Assembly (NCBI GenBank): GCA_965655095.1
Contig: OZ296648.1
Coordinates: 117,242,001-117,306,000 of the forward strand
Source of the DNA: Haplodiscus bocki
Taxonomy: Eukaryota
DNA length: 64,000 nucleotides
Direction: 5' to 3'
Shown in pieces: positions 24,601 to 38,436 of this stretch; the stretch's first letter is position 1; each line of letters opens with the position of its first letter. The position numbers were made by a program, and so were the translations under genes. The notes beneath the pieces are model-generated. The model was not told the origin of the DNA. It searched no databases and saw nothing but the letters and a program-made list of their open reading frames with translations.

Positions 24601-27600
24601 ATCTTCCTGGCAGTTCCGAACAGCAGTACCAATCAATACAAGAAAAAAACCTGGCGCAAAGACTTTCCTAATTTCCGAAAATACCGAACTGAAATTAAAC
24701 CCCATTTAAAAAAAGAAATTTGCCAGCCTATGTCTAAAAATCCCTCCGGGATTTTCGACAAAAAAAACTGTGAATTGATTCCATCGATCAACGGCAAAAT
24801 AATTTTGATAAAGAAAGTCAATTTTAGACAAAATGAGGTTTTCAATTCATCAAAAACTTCCAAAGAAAGGCACCCTAGACGACGAAGAGCGGTGCCATTG
24901 GCAAAAAATTAGTTGCTGTACAAAAAATGAAGAGAAAAAAACTTATCCAGAGCAGTGACGAATGAGTTATTATCTTTTCTGATGCAGTAGCGGTTGCCGA
25001 AACGCTGATTTGGAGGGCAAACGAAAAGTAGCTAATTTTAGCAGTTTTTGGCTAACTCTGAAGCAGTGAAAGAAGTATTTGGCACGAGATCCTAAAAATT
25101 GGAAGAAATAACTAACTTCGTTTCATTGAACTTGATACGTAAACAAGAAGTTGATTTGGAAAGCACAGTAGCAAAAGTAGCACAATTAACCAATTTTGCA
25201 TATCAAAAAACACAAAACGTCAATTCTACAAAAACAATTTTTTTGTTGAAAAGAACTTGCAAAAAAATGTCCTGTAACGTTGGCTTTCATAGAGCTTCTA
25301 CCTGAAAAAGGACATCCGAAAACAAAAACGGAAAATTCCTCAAACTTCTAAATTTAAGTATTTCCAGTCTAACAGTAGGCCACGGAAAAACCTCGACAAA
25401 CGATTTCGGAGCTCCAACTAAAATTAGCTATTCTCAGGCAGCTTTACTCCACTAATCTGGCCTGGGAGTTAGAGAGTTGATGTGGAAGGAAAACCCACGA
25501 AGGTTCCGCGAAAATGGGGCAACTAACTACTTTTGGCCTATTTTAAAATTCTTAAAAGATTTTCCTGACGAAGAGAATTTGTAAAAATTCTTCAAGGCTC
25601 AACATTTCGTACCGATTTAAGCTGGTTGCGTAGTCAAAAAGATGATTGTAAGACAAGAAGGTGAAATTTGGCAAGAGATTGTATACTCAAAAAAGAGTTT
25701 TAAAATACACTTTTATATTAATCTCGTCAAATTCGGGTTGAAAATACAATATTCGCAGGAAAAAAACGTACGTAGGAAAATTTCCAGCCCAATTTCCAGA
25801 AAAAAAGGAATTCTCTCAATTGTGAAATAAGCTTTTTCTTGCTCAAAGAAGATATCAAAAATTGAGAAAAATGGAAAAATTGCATGCAAAAGAAACTCGA
25901 AACCGCGATGGGAATCGAATCCGGGTGGTTGTAGTAAAAGAGCACAAAAACTCGTCATTAATCATTAGACCGAAAGCGAAATTGTTCATTCCACCACTAA
26001 TCTTGTCCAAATCTGAACGCTACGACAAAAACCTCGCGTCAACCATATCAAGCTGCCGGTTTGCCAGCTCATTATTTAGCAAGTAAACTAACAATATGGT
26101 GAGGAACAACCACTAAAAAACCACTGAAACAATAAGTCCATGAATACCATATCGTTTAATTTTCGCAAAAAATTTACGGATTTTTTCGAAACCGCTTGTA
26201 TCACGAAAAAGGTGTTAGCATCCTCAGGAGTTTTATTTTGTTCGGTTAGTGCTTTTTATGGGAAATTTGCCAGGGATTGCGAAATTTACGTATTTTGGAG
26301 ATAATAAAGCTCTGTAAAAGCTGTGAGGGAAAATATAAATTGACGTGGAAAATACTCGTCTCGCGATTTGAAGAAACTAATTTTATTTTCAAAACAGGCG
26401 AACACTCAAATTGTTTGCGACGTTTTGCGTGAAAGATAATATTTTTTATATAAAATCAACACAGTCACAAAAATTTTGAGTCTCACGATCAGCTCCGCCT
26501 ATTTAAGATTTCGTTTGGTTGATATTGACCCGAATCAAACCATCAAAAACGAAATTGGTTCTTTGCGTGGTAATTGCTCATAACTAGGCTACGAGGTTCT
26601 CAATAACATAAAAAACTTGACGCTGCTGTTTTTGTAAAAATGGTGCTAATTAGACTTGGAGTGAAATGATAGGGGGTGAAACAAAATGGGGTGAATTTAC
26701 CATTGACTGATTCTAAATCATGTCCGCAGGCTTTCAAAATTTTGATTCAGTTGGTCGCTCACTAACGAAAGTTGTAACTTCTGGCTGCGAAACTCTAGTT
26801 GTTCAAATACGTTTAATTGTTGAAGTATAATCAAAACCAAAAGCAATCAGTAGCAGAGATTGGAATCATCTCTAACATGTATCAGTTCGACAAACGGTAA
26901 CTTCTGAATCATTGCACGTATCATTACATGAACAACATAGCCTTGTAACCGATCACAGGCGATTAGGCTACTCATTGACTACAAAAACAAAACAACTAAG
27001 TTATCGCGTTGGAAAATCCTTCTTAAATTTTGCTTTCATATTCCTGGACAATCTTGATACATGATCAAGTTGAAAGCATAGGCTATAATGTGCATAGTGC
27101 AAGTCTTGCGAAGGGATTCAGGCTCGCTGACTACATGTTTTTGCAATGCCAGAGAGCATCTAGCAAAATCCGAAGAAATAATGCAGAGAAAAACCTACAG
27201 AGATAACAGCGGAGGTTCAAGGTAACTATCCTAACTTCAAACAAAAATTAGCTGAAAAAGATAACTTTGTGATCTCTAAAGTAAACGAAAACCAGCCGCT
27301 GTTTAACAAATGCCGCCTCAGGCAGCAAGGCTCCAAAAATTGAAGACTAAGGCCTTAAGTAAAGCAATACGAACCTAAAGAAAAAATATCTTCCCAAAAC
27401 CGTGTTTTATTGATAATTTGTCTGAAAATTCGACTGAGAGATTTTTCCAGCAACCCGAAGGTCAAGTGAGAAATGAGGAGATGCTGACGGTTATTAGGAG
27501 ACACACACTCGAGGCAGTTTTCCAAGTGATGAGAGTCGCAGTAACTTACCGCAAAAGGCAAAAACAAATGAAAACAATCGCTCTACATCTTGAGAGCATC

Positions 27601-30096
27601 TTGGCCAGACCACCTATATACTACGGAGCGTAGCCCAAAAAGCCCCGTATTGCTTTTACAACTAATCCAGAGGGTGTCACAAAGCCCAGTTCACTTCTAT
27701 TGTTTGTACAACAGGATATAAAATCTTTGGAAGAATCGACAAGTCTCAAGGGAACCTATTTTTTTTACAATTTTCGGCAATAAATCCATGAGAAAAGATC
27801 GCTCGGAATCGAAACTTGAATCGAAACCCACTGCTGTACACACTGCCTAATATGTTCCTCAATTCAAGTGATATGCATCACTTTGAGACACGCTGAACGC
27901 GCAAAACTTTAGATAATGCAGAAATTTAATTGAAGTCAATTTTTTGTTAAAAAATTGTCAGTCAAAAAATTTGGAAAATCAGAAAAATTTCGGCTAACGA
28001 CTGAATGCAACTAGCGCATCACATTCCTTCGCCGAACTTTTCTTGTGATGCCATACATGGGAAGTCAGGGCAGAGAATTGTGAAAAGTAACACTAATTCT
28101 CCAAAAAAATCTGGGTTTTCAATTCTTTTCGCTAAAAACTCGCCGAAGGGAATTTTCAGCTGTCAAAAAATTCAGCCGCGGTCAGTTACAACATTGCCAA
28201 TGCAGCTAAGCAATGGGCAAATGGATCCTCCGACTACGTTTGTAGAAATTGAGCGTCAAGGTTAAGAAAAGCAGTGGGCAATGGGAGTGTCAAAGCTGTT
28301 TTGAAGTTCAAAAAGTTCCGTTTTCTCCAACGAAAACTGGCAGAAAAAAGGCGACAAAAGATCACAGCACACCGCTCAACTGGATGGTGTTCCATCGAAT
28401 CATGCAAAAACATTAGCGTTTCCAAGCTTCCTGTAAAGACAGGACTGACATATACATTTTGCCCTCTAAAAAATCCGAATAAAGAAATTTTTATTATTGC
28501 TATAACTCGCTGAAGGAAAATTGGCGGTCGAAAGTTTGAAAATTAGAATTACAGAGATGAAACTCAGAGGGACGTCATGGATGGGAAAAAAATCATTTTG
28601 AAGTGTCCTTGTGCGAACAGGCTTCGCTCCGCTCACCTAAAAAGATCTAGTTGTCGAATTTTCGGGGTTTTTTCTCATTTGAAGTTTTTTTGCAAGCTGA
28701 GTCTTCAAATATTCTTGTTTTATATTAGACAGCCATCAGACAAAAATCCATAAATCCATCAGATACTAAACGTGGCTGCCATCAGAAAAAAATTCGGTGA
28801 GTTTTTTACGAATTGCACTTGCAAAACGCAAAATTTTCAGCCGATGTAAACTTTGTGTGTCGAGTTTCCTGGTAATAAAGACTATAAGAACCAAATTTGG
28901 CAATGGTTTACAATTTTACAGTGAAATTTGAATTTCATATATTCAAAAATCCTTTTCAAACTGTAAAGAAAAAAATGCAGAAAAGTGAATCAATCCTCTC
29001 AAAATTTTTCCAGACCAGTTCAATCACTTTGACATTACAACTGAGGTTTGACCTGTTTATGTTATGCGTTTACTAATATGAAAAACCTGAGAACGCCCAC
29101 GAATTACGAAATTCCAGGAATTTTTTTCAGGAGTGTTCCGTCAACGCTACATAATTCAGTACTGATTACACCTGAAAAAAAAATGAGCCGTGAATATTAA
29201 TACATGTTTATTGCAAAAGATGGAATGAACTCCCCCGAGAGCGGTTCAATAACAGCAATACAGAACGATGTTCTATATCCGTGAGGGTTATTTTATATTG
29301 AAAATGGAGGCTTACTGTGTGAAACGAGACGCGCGGTCTCAACAACTTTTGATTAAAACACTAGCGCTAAAGGAAGAATATGAAACTATTCAATAAAATA
29401 ACAGCTTCTCTTCTTATGCAAAGGAGAAAAGCGCTGGGCGAATATATGATCAAGCCCACCTTAGGTTTCTGTGTACAGAAGTAACATTCTGTAAATTTCG
29501 CAGAACATTTTGAAGTAGCATCTGATTTGCATTAACAAGAAGGAAATTGACTCTTCGAATTGATCCAATATGAAAAATTAAATCGGCTCTGAAATTCGCA
29601 AAGGTATTGGAATCGACCTTCTCGATATCTGCTATAAATGTGAAGAAACTAATAGTCTTGGCAAACTACCATTACCAAATTGAGGAATTAAACCAAATAC
29701 TCGAATAAATTCAATTCAGTTTTATTCGCCGGCGTTGACAGTCAGCTTAGAGAAGTGAGTTAATTGTGTATCAGGTTGAAGTCTCCGAATTTCTCAGCAC
29801 TGATCAGCTCAAAAGTAGAATCCATTACTGATTTCACACCCTTGCATTACCTGAAAATTTGAATCAGTCTGAAAAAATCTGAACAATTGCTCATTCACAA
29901 ACACTCAGCGATGCGTCGATTTGGAGCAAACTATTTTGAAAAATATTAATTTTCTGAGTCTTTACAGGACCACAAAAATTGCATATCTTGCATCGAATCG
30001 CAGCACCTACGCTATTCTCACAACATCTAAACCCAAATTTTATTGCAACATTTTCAAATTAGGCTCAGAAAACTGCTACCACAATCACAACAGCTG

Positions 30097-30527
30097 TCCG
30101 CCCATATTTCAATATAAAAGCAAAATCGTCCTAACGCCACGCGTTTTTCACGTTTACTTGCCAATTGCACGAGAACGTGAGTTTGAAAATTGTTATGGGC
30201 GAATCACAACCAAATTACGTAGAATGGGAATGAAATAGGGCTTAAAAATGTACGAGAAAAAAATTTTAGTGGAAAAAGTTGGCAAATTGGAAAAAAGTAG
30301 CAAATTTGATGTAGAATGCGGATAAAATGGTAATGTTTCTAGAAAATGCCATTTACCGACTAAAATTTAGGTTTTCAAGAAAAATTTTAACTCATTGAAA
30401 ATTGGGAAAAATTAGCCAATGTGATATAGGATGCATATAGATGGGTAACTTTTCCTTGAAACGCATTTTCAACAAAGTTGGAGGGCGGAAAATATGCAAT
30501 GTGCCGGTGGTAGCCGCGTCTTTTGTT
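30097..30527 (+). mobile_element. Helentron-like element, family B, copy 2
   Basis: TCCGCCCATATTTCAATAT at the 5' end; GGAGGGCGGAAAATATGC..GCCGGTGGTAGCCGCGTCTTTTGTT at the 3' end; same internal repeat as copy 1. Confidence 0.6.
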
Positions 30528-33500
30528 TTGCTATAAAGTTTGATTTCAAGCTAGTAGGATCTCTAAACCCACACATTGATATCCCTTCCATATACCTAAA
30601 ACTTTTTGAGCGAAACACAAAATCACCCATTTTCATATCTTTTTTGGGGCCTTCACACCGATTTTTGGGTGGTTCCGACTCTGACTTTTTCTCGCCAAAT
30701 TTTTCTTTTCGAAAGATGCCTGTAAACTTTGTAGTTTGATTTGGTGAAAAGCAACAGTTTTTAGCACCAAAAAACTAAAGATAAATAAAAAGTAGTATTT
30801 CTATTCCAACAGAAACTTTTTGAAAAAAATGTTAGTACATACGAATATTGTTTCTCACACATTATGTAGTATGGTTGACCCAATGCCAGTAAAGTACTTC
30901 TTTAGTTTGAGTCTCAAGTTAGCGAAAATGGTGATATTGGGTTCGAAACATTCTCTAATTGAGTTCAAGACTCAAATCAACTAGATCTACTTTCATCTTG
31001 TTTCTCATAGGCTTTAAAATATTATCAGCTAATAAAAATTCAATTCAAAGTGGGTCTTACCTAACTTCGAAGGGTTCAGCTACCGAAAAACAAATCCAGA
31101 ATATCCCAAAATATGAAATACGTTTGAAACAATTATTCTATTTTCAGTAGTAGGTTACAGCCTCTCAATGGTTTCTTGGATCAATTAATTCAGAAGCAAC
31201 GACGTGACGCAAATGATGCTGCAAACGTTTGCGCGCGCCTGCGACAACGGGACCAAAGAAAACAGTATTCGCCGCAGTCGTAAGGCTCATATTGAACGAT
31301 TTTCAGAATTGAAAAGTACTCGGCCGTTCTTTTTGTAGTCGGCACGTAGCTGCCTAAGAACACTACAGTTTATCCCTACTGGAAAATACATAACACACGG
31401 AGATACACGCGTATATAATTATACAAGTTGGAGGCTTCGTTTGTGTTCTCCCGCTGCGGCCGCTTTTTCCCAACCACCAACAAAAAGCCAAGCATTCCCA
31501 CCATCACAACATTTTCCAGGCAGCAAACTAACAACGTTCGCTCAGTTCAGACCACCAAATTTTGGAATACATACAGCACATTCGACGAATTCAGGCAAAC
31601 GAGGTCATCGTATCACAAACTACTTCGTCATCTAAAATATTACGTCATCAGAGCCGACGATGATGGTGGCGCCGGTCTTAGCGACATTTAGGCGTCCGGG
31701 AGATTGACTATAATATTAGACTGCTTTTCCCGTGGCCGCGGAACAACGCGACTTGAGATGTCTCGGCTTGACACCATTCAGAACTGATGACGTATGCATC
31801 AATCATCTCATCTCCCCATGTCTTACTCTAACTTCTGCTTAGCTTTTTATCCCCATCCGCGTACTCATTGGCAACACATGTTACCCGATTGCGTGACAGC
31901 GATTATAACATATATTTTAAGCACTACTCTTGCAACCAGTTTTGATACTCAATACAAAATTAGGCACAGTCATCATATATCGTATCGTAATAGTATAAAC
32001 ATACTCGTCCTAGTACACTTTTTCACATATATGCATGTGTATAGTATCATGGGAAAGATAAACTAAACGACAAACTACAGAGCATATATCGCTTATGCTG
32101 CGCCATAGAGCCAAGGCAACACGTGTGCCTCCCTTGAGCTTGCTAAATTATCCCAAAGTCTCTTTCCCCATTTTGAAATCTAGCTGGAAACCTCTTCAAA
32201 GGGAGTATTTGGGATTCATGTGATTCAACAACTCATAATACCGTATATTCACAGTTTGTAAATCAGCGAAAACGTGCTGATTTTACTTTTATAAGACTTA
32301 TCTAGCAATTCAATGCCTCAGAGAGGGTTGGCCAATTCTTGAGCTCGGAAGAAACTACTTTCAGTTACTTGGAGAGTCCACAAAGTCACTAACCCACATA
32401 AACATCAAAAAGTTTGAAGTGACATAAAACATTAAAAAGCATTTGTTAGGAATTCTCAAAACTTGTTAGATGAATGAATGTGCTTAGGAATGTAGTTTCC
32501 ATTCAATCAACACTCTCCACTCAAAATTGCTCATCCTTCGCAAACTTCAACTTATTCCAGAAATTTTTCAGCGCTTCACTTTTTTGTTGCAAAAGGAAGC
32601 TGAGAACAAAAAGCAAACAAAACCGGCTTATGAATACGTTATGAGTAAAATAATGTGATTGGGCGCATGAGCAAAATAATGTGTGAAGGATATGTTTTAA
32701 ACTTCTGATTACCTGATCACTTGGTCACAATAGTATAAAACAAGTTAGGATACATTTTGTTTTAAAAACACCCGCTCCTTTGGGGCCTTGAAGAGCTAAG
32801 TGATACATGTCACAAGACAACAAACTATTCAGTAATCTAATATCAATCAATCAAACATTTGACTTGAAAAGAAATTTCCAGTTCCAACATTGACTTCTTT
32901 GACTGAGTAAAACTTCAATAACGGAGATGAAAGCTTATAGAAAGTTCGGAGAAGTTTTTCAGAGTTCCAACATGAAGTTCTTTCAAGCACTGAACTCTAC
33001 ATATCGCTTTGTATATGTTGCTCAACAACCAGATCTACATTATACTATCAAAAAGCTAGACACAGTGAGAACACCTTTGAATTACAATTATCTCAAATAG
33101 TGCAATACACCGTCCCTTTAAATAATTGTTCAAAACTAGTTTTGAATTTTTAAAACAATCCCTTTTAAAAAAAAGCGGGATATTTTTCCTCTTCCTAAAT
33201 CAAAACTTCCTCATTCAAAACGTGATTGAAACCGCCGGACTAGTTCAAATTAACTTTGCTAGAGATTTTTGCCCCTTTTCCAGAAAATAGTCACGTATCG
33301 GCGGACAAAATTCCACAAAAAATCTGTCGAACAATTAATTTCACGTAAAAACTTCATGGTGTTTTGCATAAAAATCAGTCACCTTCTGACTGTCAAAAAG
33401 AGGCTCGAACAATCATAAGTACCTTCCTTTCGTTTCATCGACACGTTGAACGACCAGTTTGGGCAAGAAGGGTGATAATTCGTTTTCACCATTTCTGAAA

Positions 33501-33545
33501 AAATGATTTTTCAAGGTTTGAATATTAGATAGTCAAGAATTTTTT

Positions 33546-33949
33546 ACACAGAGGCGAAGTTGCGCTTCGCAACACTTGCGCCAACGGAATACTAGTGAAA
33601 AATCGAACAACTATAACCTTGATTTTTGAAGGCGCCACGGTTCAACGAAAACTACCGCTTCAGCAATCAAACAGAAATTTAGTTAACTAAGGTAACTCTA
33701 ATAAACTTATACACAAAAGTAACAAGTACGAATTGCTATAGCAGTTAATTCGCTTTACATTTAAAACAAGCGCGCACCCTGTAAAATAGGACACGTGAAC
33801 AAACTTTTGTCCTTGAGCAGCAGCGCATGAATTTTTTGCAGGAAAACGAGAGCGCATGAACAAAATCAAAGAATATTAAACCTCAAAAATGCGGGTTGTG
33901 AACGGATCGAAAAGTTCGCGCAGATATTACACTTACTTGCACAAGTGTA
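33546..33949 (-). mobile_element. Helentron-like element, family A, copy 2, followed by a ~160-bp segment shared with copy 3
   Basis: ACACAGAGGCGAAGTTGCGCTTCGCAACACTTGCGCCAACGGAATACTAGTG is nearly identical to copy 1; ends ACACTTACTTGCACAAGTGTA. Confidence 0.65.
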
Positions 33950-34610
33950 CAACAGAGGCGAAGTGTAGCTCCGGAAAGCTGGCAACCCCAAAGAATCAAC
34001 CCCTACACAATTGGAATAGCCAGTAATGGAAATAAAAACACAGGAAAGCTGAAACTTCGAAGAATCTCAACAAGTATGAAAAACAATTTTCGATACTTTC
34101 TCAGAAATATGCAACGGTGAAACAAATTCATGTAGATAAGGTTAAGAAAGTGTTCCTGAAATCACCACAGCGTCCAAGAAAAGGGACTTTTTCTGAAAAA
34201 AATATGAAAACGACGTAAGAACTTTCTAACAAAACGAAACTGATCTTGATTTTCAAAAAACAGTGTAAGATAATTGGCGGAAAATCGTTGAAAAATTATG
34301 CAAAATTGTAAATTGTGACAGAGTTGATGAAGTTTTGATATAATATTCAAAATTAGAATTTTTCACACCAGAAAATGTATTTGGTTTTGTCATTACAAAA
34401 ACAACCTAGAGACGGATTTTAAACCATAAGAACTATATGGAACAGGCCCTTCATTGCCTCAACATTTTTTTTCACGTGGTTGGTTGATATGCAACGGATT
34501 GCTTCAATTCAACAGATGCGCTGTGAGAAAAACAGAATTCTCAAAATTCAAGTCACAAGTCAGAATGTGTAAAATTGGACTCTCTTTTGGTTCCATTATA
34601 ATATTTTTTT

Positions 34611-34656
34611 TCGACACCAGTGAATTACAGCAGTCGACACCAGTGAATTACAGCAG
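34611..34656. repeat. Perfect 2 x 23-bp tandem duplication
   Basis: TCGACACCAGTGAATTACAGCAG occurs twice in tandem. Confidence 0.95.
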
Positions 34657-35078
34657 CGATGACAAAAAATGCTAGGACCCCGAACAAGTTACCGAAACAT
34701 TACCTTTCACCACATCGCGGAAACATTTTGAACTCTTAACAACTTATTGATCAGGACTGTCCTATGTTTCCAAGTTATTAAAGTATAGTTGTACTGAACA
34801 AGACTCAAAAACATTGCTACTTCTCAATAAAGTATTGATCTCATCCGCAGCAAACATCATAAAACAAGTAAACCATTAATGAACGGCTATTATATATTAG
34901 AAAGATCATTCGTTGATTATGAATTTGCCGATCCCATTAATTAGAAACTTTTTTCGAAAAGAACAAATATACTACACAAATTTTTCAGAAATACAATAAG
35001 TTCAGAAATAAAAAAAGTCAAGATAATGAGTTTTTTTCACAAAGTCTCGAAAAAACTTGCAATTTCGTTATGTCGCGT

Positions 35079-35125
35079 TCCATTGCAGTAACTCCAAGTC
35101 CGTCCATTGCAGCAACTCCAAGTCC
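35079..35125. repeat. 2 x 24-bp tandem duplication, 1 internal mismatch
   Basis: TCCATTGCAG(T/C)AACTCCAAGTCC occurs twice at 24-bp spacing. Confidence 0.9.
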
Positions 35126-35640
35126 AGCCAGACATTTGAATCGACCATTTTATTATTCAATGATCAAATGATTCCAAATCAAAGCTATCACACGCAAATG
35201 GAATGTACTAAAAAAGCTCAAACAAGATTTATTGAAGCTTTCGTCTTTAAAGTGCACCGAAAAAATCCAACGCTCAGAACCTGATTCTTCAATGAATGAA
35301 AAGATACCTAGGTGAAAGAACAACGAGAATCTTATCACACAAAGGCTTAATTTGTCGATTCTAAACCAAGTCATTGTTCTAGCAGGAAAAGAATTTGCAT
35401 CCAAAAAACGCAAACAAAACTTACATTGGCAGCAGTCTTCGTTCAAATAAGCAAAAACAGAAACAGCGAGTTATCTTAAGCAGAATAACTAGCCTGTGAT
35501 TGAAAAATAGTGTATGCTCTACCTTTCTTTTTCCAACAATCACCAAACACCCGCAAAAATTCCACTAGGTCAAATTTATAAATATTTGAAGGTGACTCAT
35601 AAATAATGAAATTAATTTTCGTTCCTCTGTTTCCCCGCCC

Positions 35641-36640
35641 GTAGTGTAGCAGTAGTAGTAGCAGTAGTAGTCGACTTCTGGGCCTTCTTCCCATGGGAAA
35701 TCTTCCATCCCTGATTTGTTTGCTCTTTGTTTGGCTCTGGTAGTCATCAAGTTAATTTTAATTTGCCTTGGGGGTTGCAGTAGCCACAGAGGCAAAGTAT
35801 ACGCCATGTGCAGGATACCTTCTCGTTGTACTGATCTAGAAAGAACTTCCAGTAAGCTTCAAGTAGGTGTTCTTTGTCCATAGGTTCATTAAGTTGCTTC
35901 ATGTGGCGAGAGAGGATGTTGTACAATTGACTGGCGCGGATTACGAAGTTTTCATCAGCTTTCTTCGTCCTCGTGGATGTTACGACCATTTCATTCCGAT
36001 CGCCCTGCCTGGTGTTCGAGCAGGGTCTCACAGACAATAATTCACTGTGTTCGATGTCCATCTTCTGTTCCAGAAGGTCGAGTAGGAAGAGAACGCCGTG
36101 AAGATCTATGTACAGAGATACCGGTAACAGTTTGCTTTTAATAAGTCTGCATTTGTAGCTGATGTCGTATCCATAGAACCAGGCTGTGGCTTGTTTCTGA
36201 ACTTTTTCAAGTTTTTTCAATGACCCGATGCTGGGGTGATACGCTTGCGATGCATACGTTAGCATTGGCATCACGTACCCTGTGTAGGCATGGATCTTGT
36301 TTTGAATATTGCATTTCTTTGTAACATTACGTCGGATTTTGAAAAGGGCCTTGAGGGCGTTTGCCGAGCGTCTTGACCAGACCGGCATTCCATCCCAGAC
36401 CGTCCTCCACAAAAAGACCGAGGTCCCCTTGAACTGATGGTTGATTGATGCTAACATTATTCAACTGGGCAGACATGTCGCCCTTTATAACTAATAAGCT
36501 ACACTTTTTCTCGTTGAGTTTCATTTCGTTCAACTCACACTATTCTTCAAGCTGTTTGGTACCGTTCTCCAACTCTTCTTGTTGCGTGAAGATGAGTTTA
36601 TAATCGTCTGCGTAGCCAAAATATTCTGCGAGTCTTTAGT
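35641..36640 (-). mobile_element. 5'-truncated non-LTR retrotransposon (CR1-group LINE): RT C-terminus, 3' UTR and (TAC)n tail
   Basis: RT catalytic motif EYFGYADDYKL (~36600-36626), then W(stop)CELNEMKLNEKKC, DLGLFV, YTGYVMPMLTYASQAY, LEKVQKQAT and a Cys-rich end CTWRILCLCGYC. One stop (~36540) and one frameshift (~36385). The tail ACTACTACTGCTACTACTACTGCTAC lies at 35641-35671. Confidence 0.9.
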
Positions 36641-38033
36641 TTTGAGGAGAAATTTTGTGAAGAATATATTTGAGAAAGCAACCCTTGCAAATTAAAAATC
36701 AAACTAAACAAATAAAATTAAAGATCTAATTTCATTAAACTATACTTTAGGGGAGGCAAAAAAATTCAGAGTGCAAAGTTTTTGCGGGTAAATAATTAAG
36801 CAGATATATTTCTGAGTAGACATATTATAAATTTGATTATTCTGTTCATGGAAGACTATTTCTTATCGAGCTATTTTTTCAACAAATTACAAGATTTAAC
36901 GAAGAAAATAGACATCAGGGAAAAGGGCTATAAAACCTTTTTATGGAAAAAAACGTTTTGAATTTCTAAAACTGTTTCAACACAAATAGCTCAGACGGTC
37001 AAAAATTGCTCATTCACAGAATTAAATCTAAAATCTTCAAGCAAAATATTATTTTCGTGACCTTTTCTGGCTCACACTGATACGTAGGTGAGTTACATAG
37101 GTTTAAACAGTCGTTACAGGCCAAAAATCGATAGTGTCATCATTCAAAAGCCCATCTTTGTTCAAGTTTTATGTGGAAATAAGACTATACGCGAGCATGT
37201 TTGATTGTGCTCACCAGGTTTTGAAATATTTGGTGGAAATGAGTCGTCATCACTGTTTAACAAACGGAGGAATGGTTCAATCAGCGCCGCACTATAATCA
37301 GGCGCAATATACTTGAAGCGGGAACGGGACCTTTAGATCTATCGAGAAATTTGAAAAAAGGGGTTTTCATTGTTTCTGGTCACAAAAATTTTCTCAGCCC
37401 GCCGAGAAATCGCGCGGGGATACTTTGGAAATTTGCGGTGTTTGAACACTTTTGGTATAACCCGGGGTTATCACAAGAGTCAGCAGAAAATTTTGTGTCT
37501 CGCAAAGCCGAAAACCTCTGCGGACATTTTACTGTTCTCAAAATTCGACAGTTTCTTGGCACTGGTTGCACTCACTGGTTGAGGAAGTTGGCTTTTGTTC
37601 ATCACCACTTTTCTTTTGGGAGTAGACGAAATCACTCTTCATTTTCGTGGACTACACGGTCGAGAAAAACTAGGCACTGTAAAAGTAGGGCAGTTTGATT
37701 GAATTGAAAAACACTAACTAGATTTAAAAGGGCCCAAATCTCTTCCTCCTTCTGATCCCAAAATTGTTCTCCAACCAATGCATTGCCAATTAACAAGCTT
37801 CTTGCCACAGACCTCTCGCTTTGGTTACACGCCATTTTGTCCACAGCAATTTCAGCCTATGGACTTGCAATCCGTGCCAATTCAACCGCTCACACATCAA
37901 CAAACTTAAAATATTGACCTTTTAAACGTGCTTGAGATTAACAACATCAATTAATCCTCATTAAAACAACACGGGCAACATATTCCAAAACGTTGAATTT
38001 CTGTTCGAACATTTGAAATCTGATATCATTTTA

Positions 38034-38436
38034 ACACAGAAGCGAAGCTGCGCTTCGCCTTTCTAGAGTCAACGGAATACAAGTGAACAACTCGAGCAAG
38101 TATAAATGATTTTGAGTGTCACGGTAATACCAATACTACTGATTAAACAAGTGTACAGAAATTTAATTACCTCAGTTAATTCTTATACATTTACATTCAA
38201 GTTCGAACGACTTTAGTGGTTAATTCGCTTTATTTAAAACAATCTCACATACTCGAAAAAAAGTCCACAGGAACAAATTTTTGCAAGGAAGCAAGAACCT
38301 ATGGAAAAAAATTTGAAACAGCGAGAGCGCATGAACAAAATCTCGGAAGATCAAGATCTCGGAAAAATGCGAGTTAAGAGCGGAGATCAAAAAAGTGGCA
38401 AAAGCCGATGATTTAACACTTCTTTACTTAAGTGTA
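38034..38436 (-). mobile_element. Helentron-like element, family A, copy 3 (more diverged)
   Basis: ACACAGAAGCGAAGCTGCGCTTCGC..CAACGGAATACAAGTG; internal GAGAGCGCATGAACAAAATC shared with copy 2; ends ACACTTCTTTACTTAAGTGTA. Confidence 0.6.

Noticed and set aside
24191-28265. piggyBac-like ends (TTAACCCC.. and ..CAAGGTTAA)
   Set aside because: The right end lacks GGG, the match is short, and no transposase is present.
21571-35125. 23-24 bp direct repeats as possible CRISPR repeats
   Set aside because: Two adjacent copies each, no spacers, no cas genes, and a eukaryotic context.
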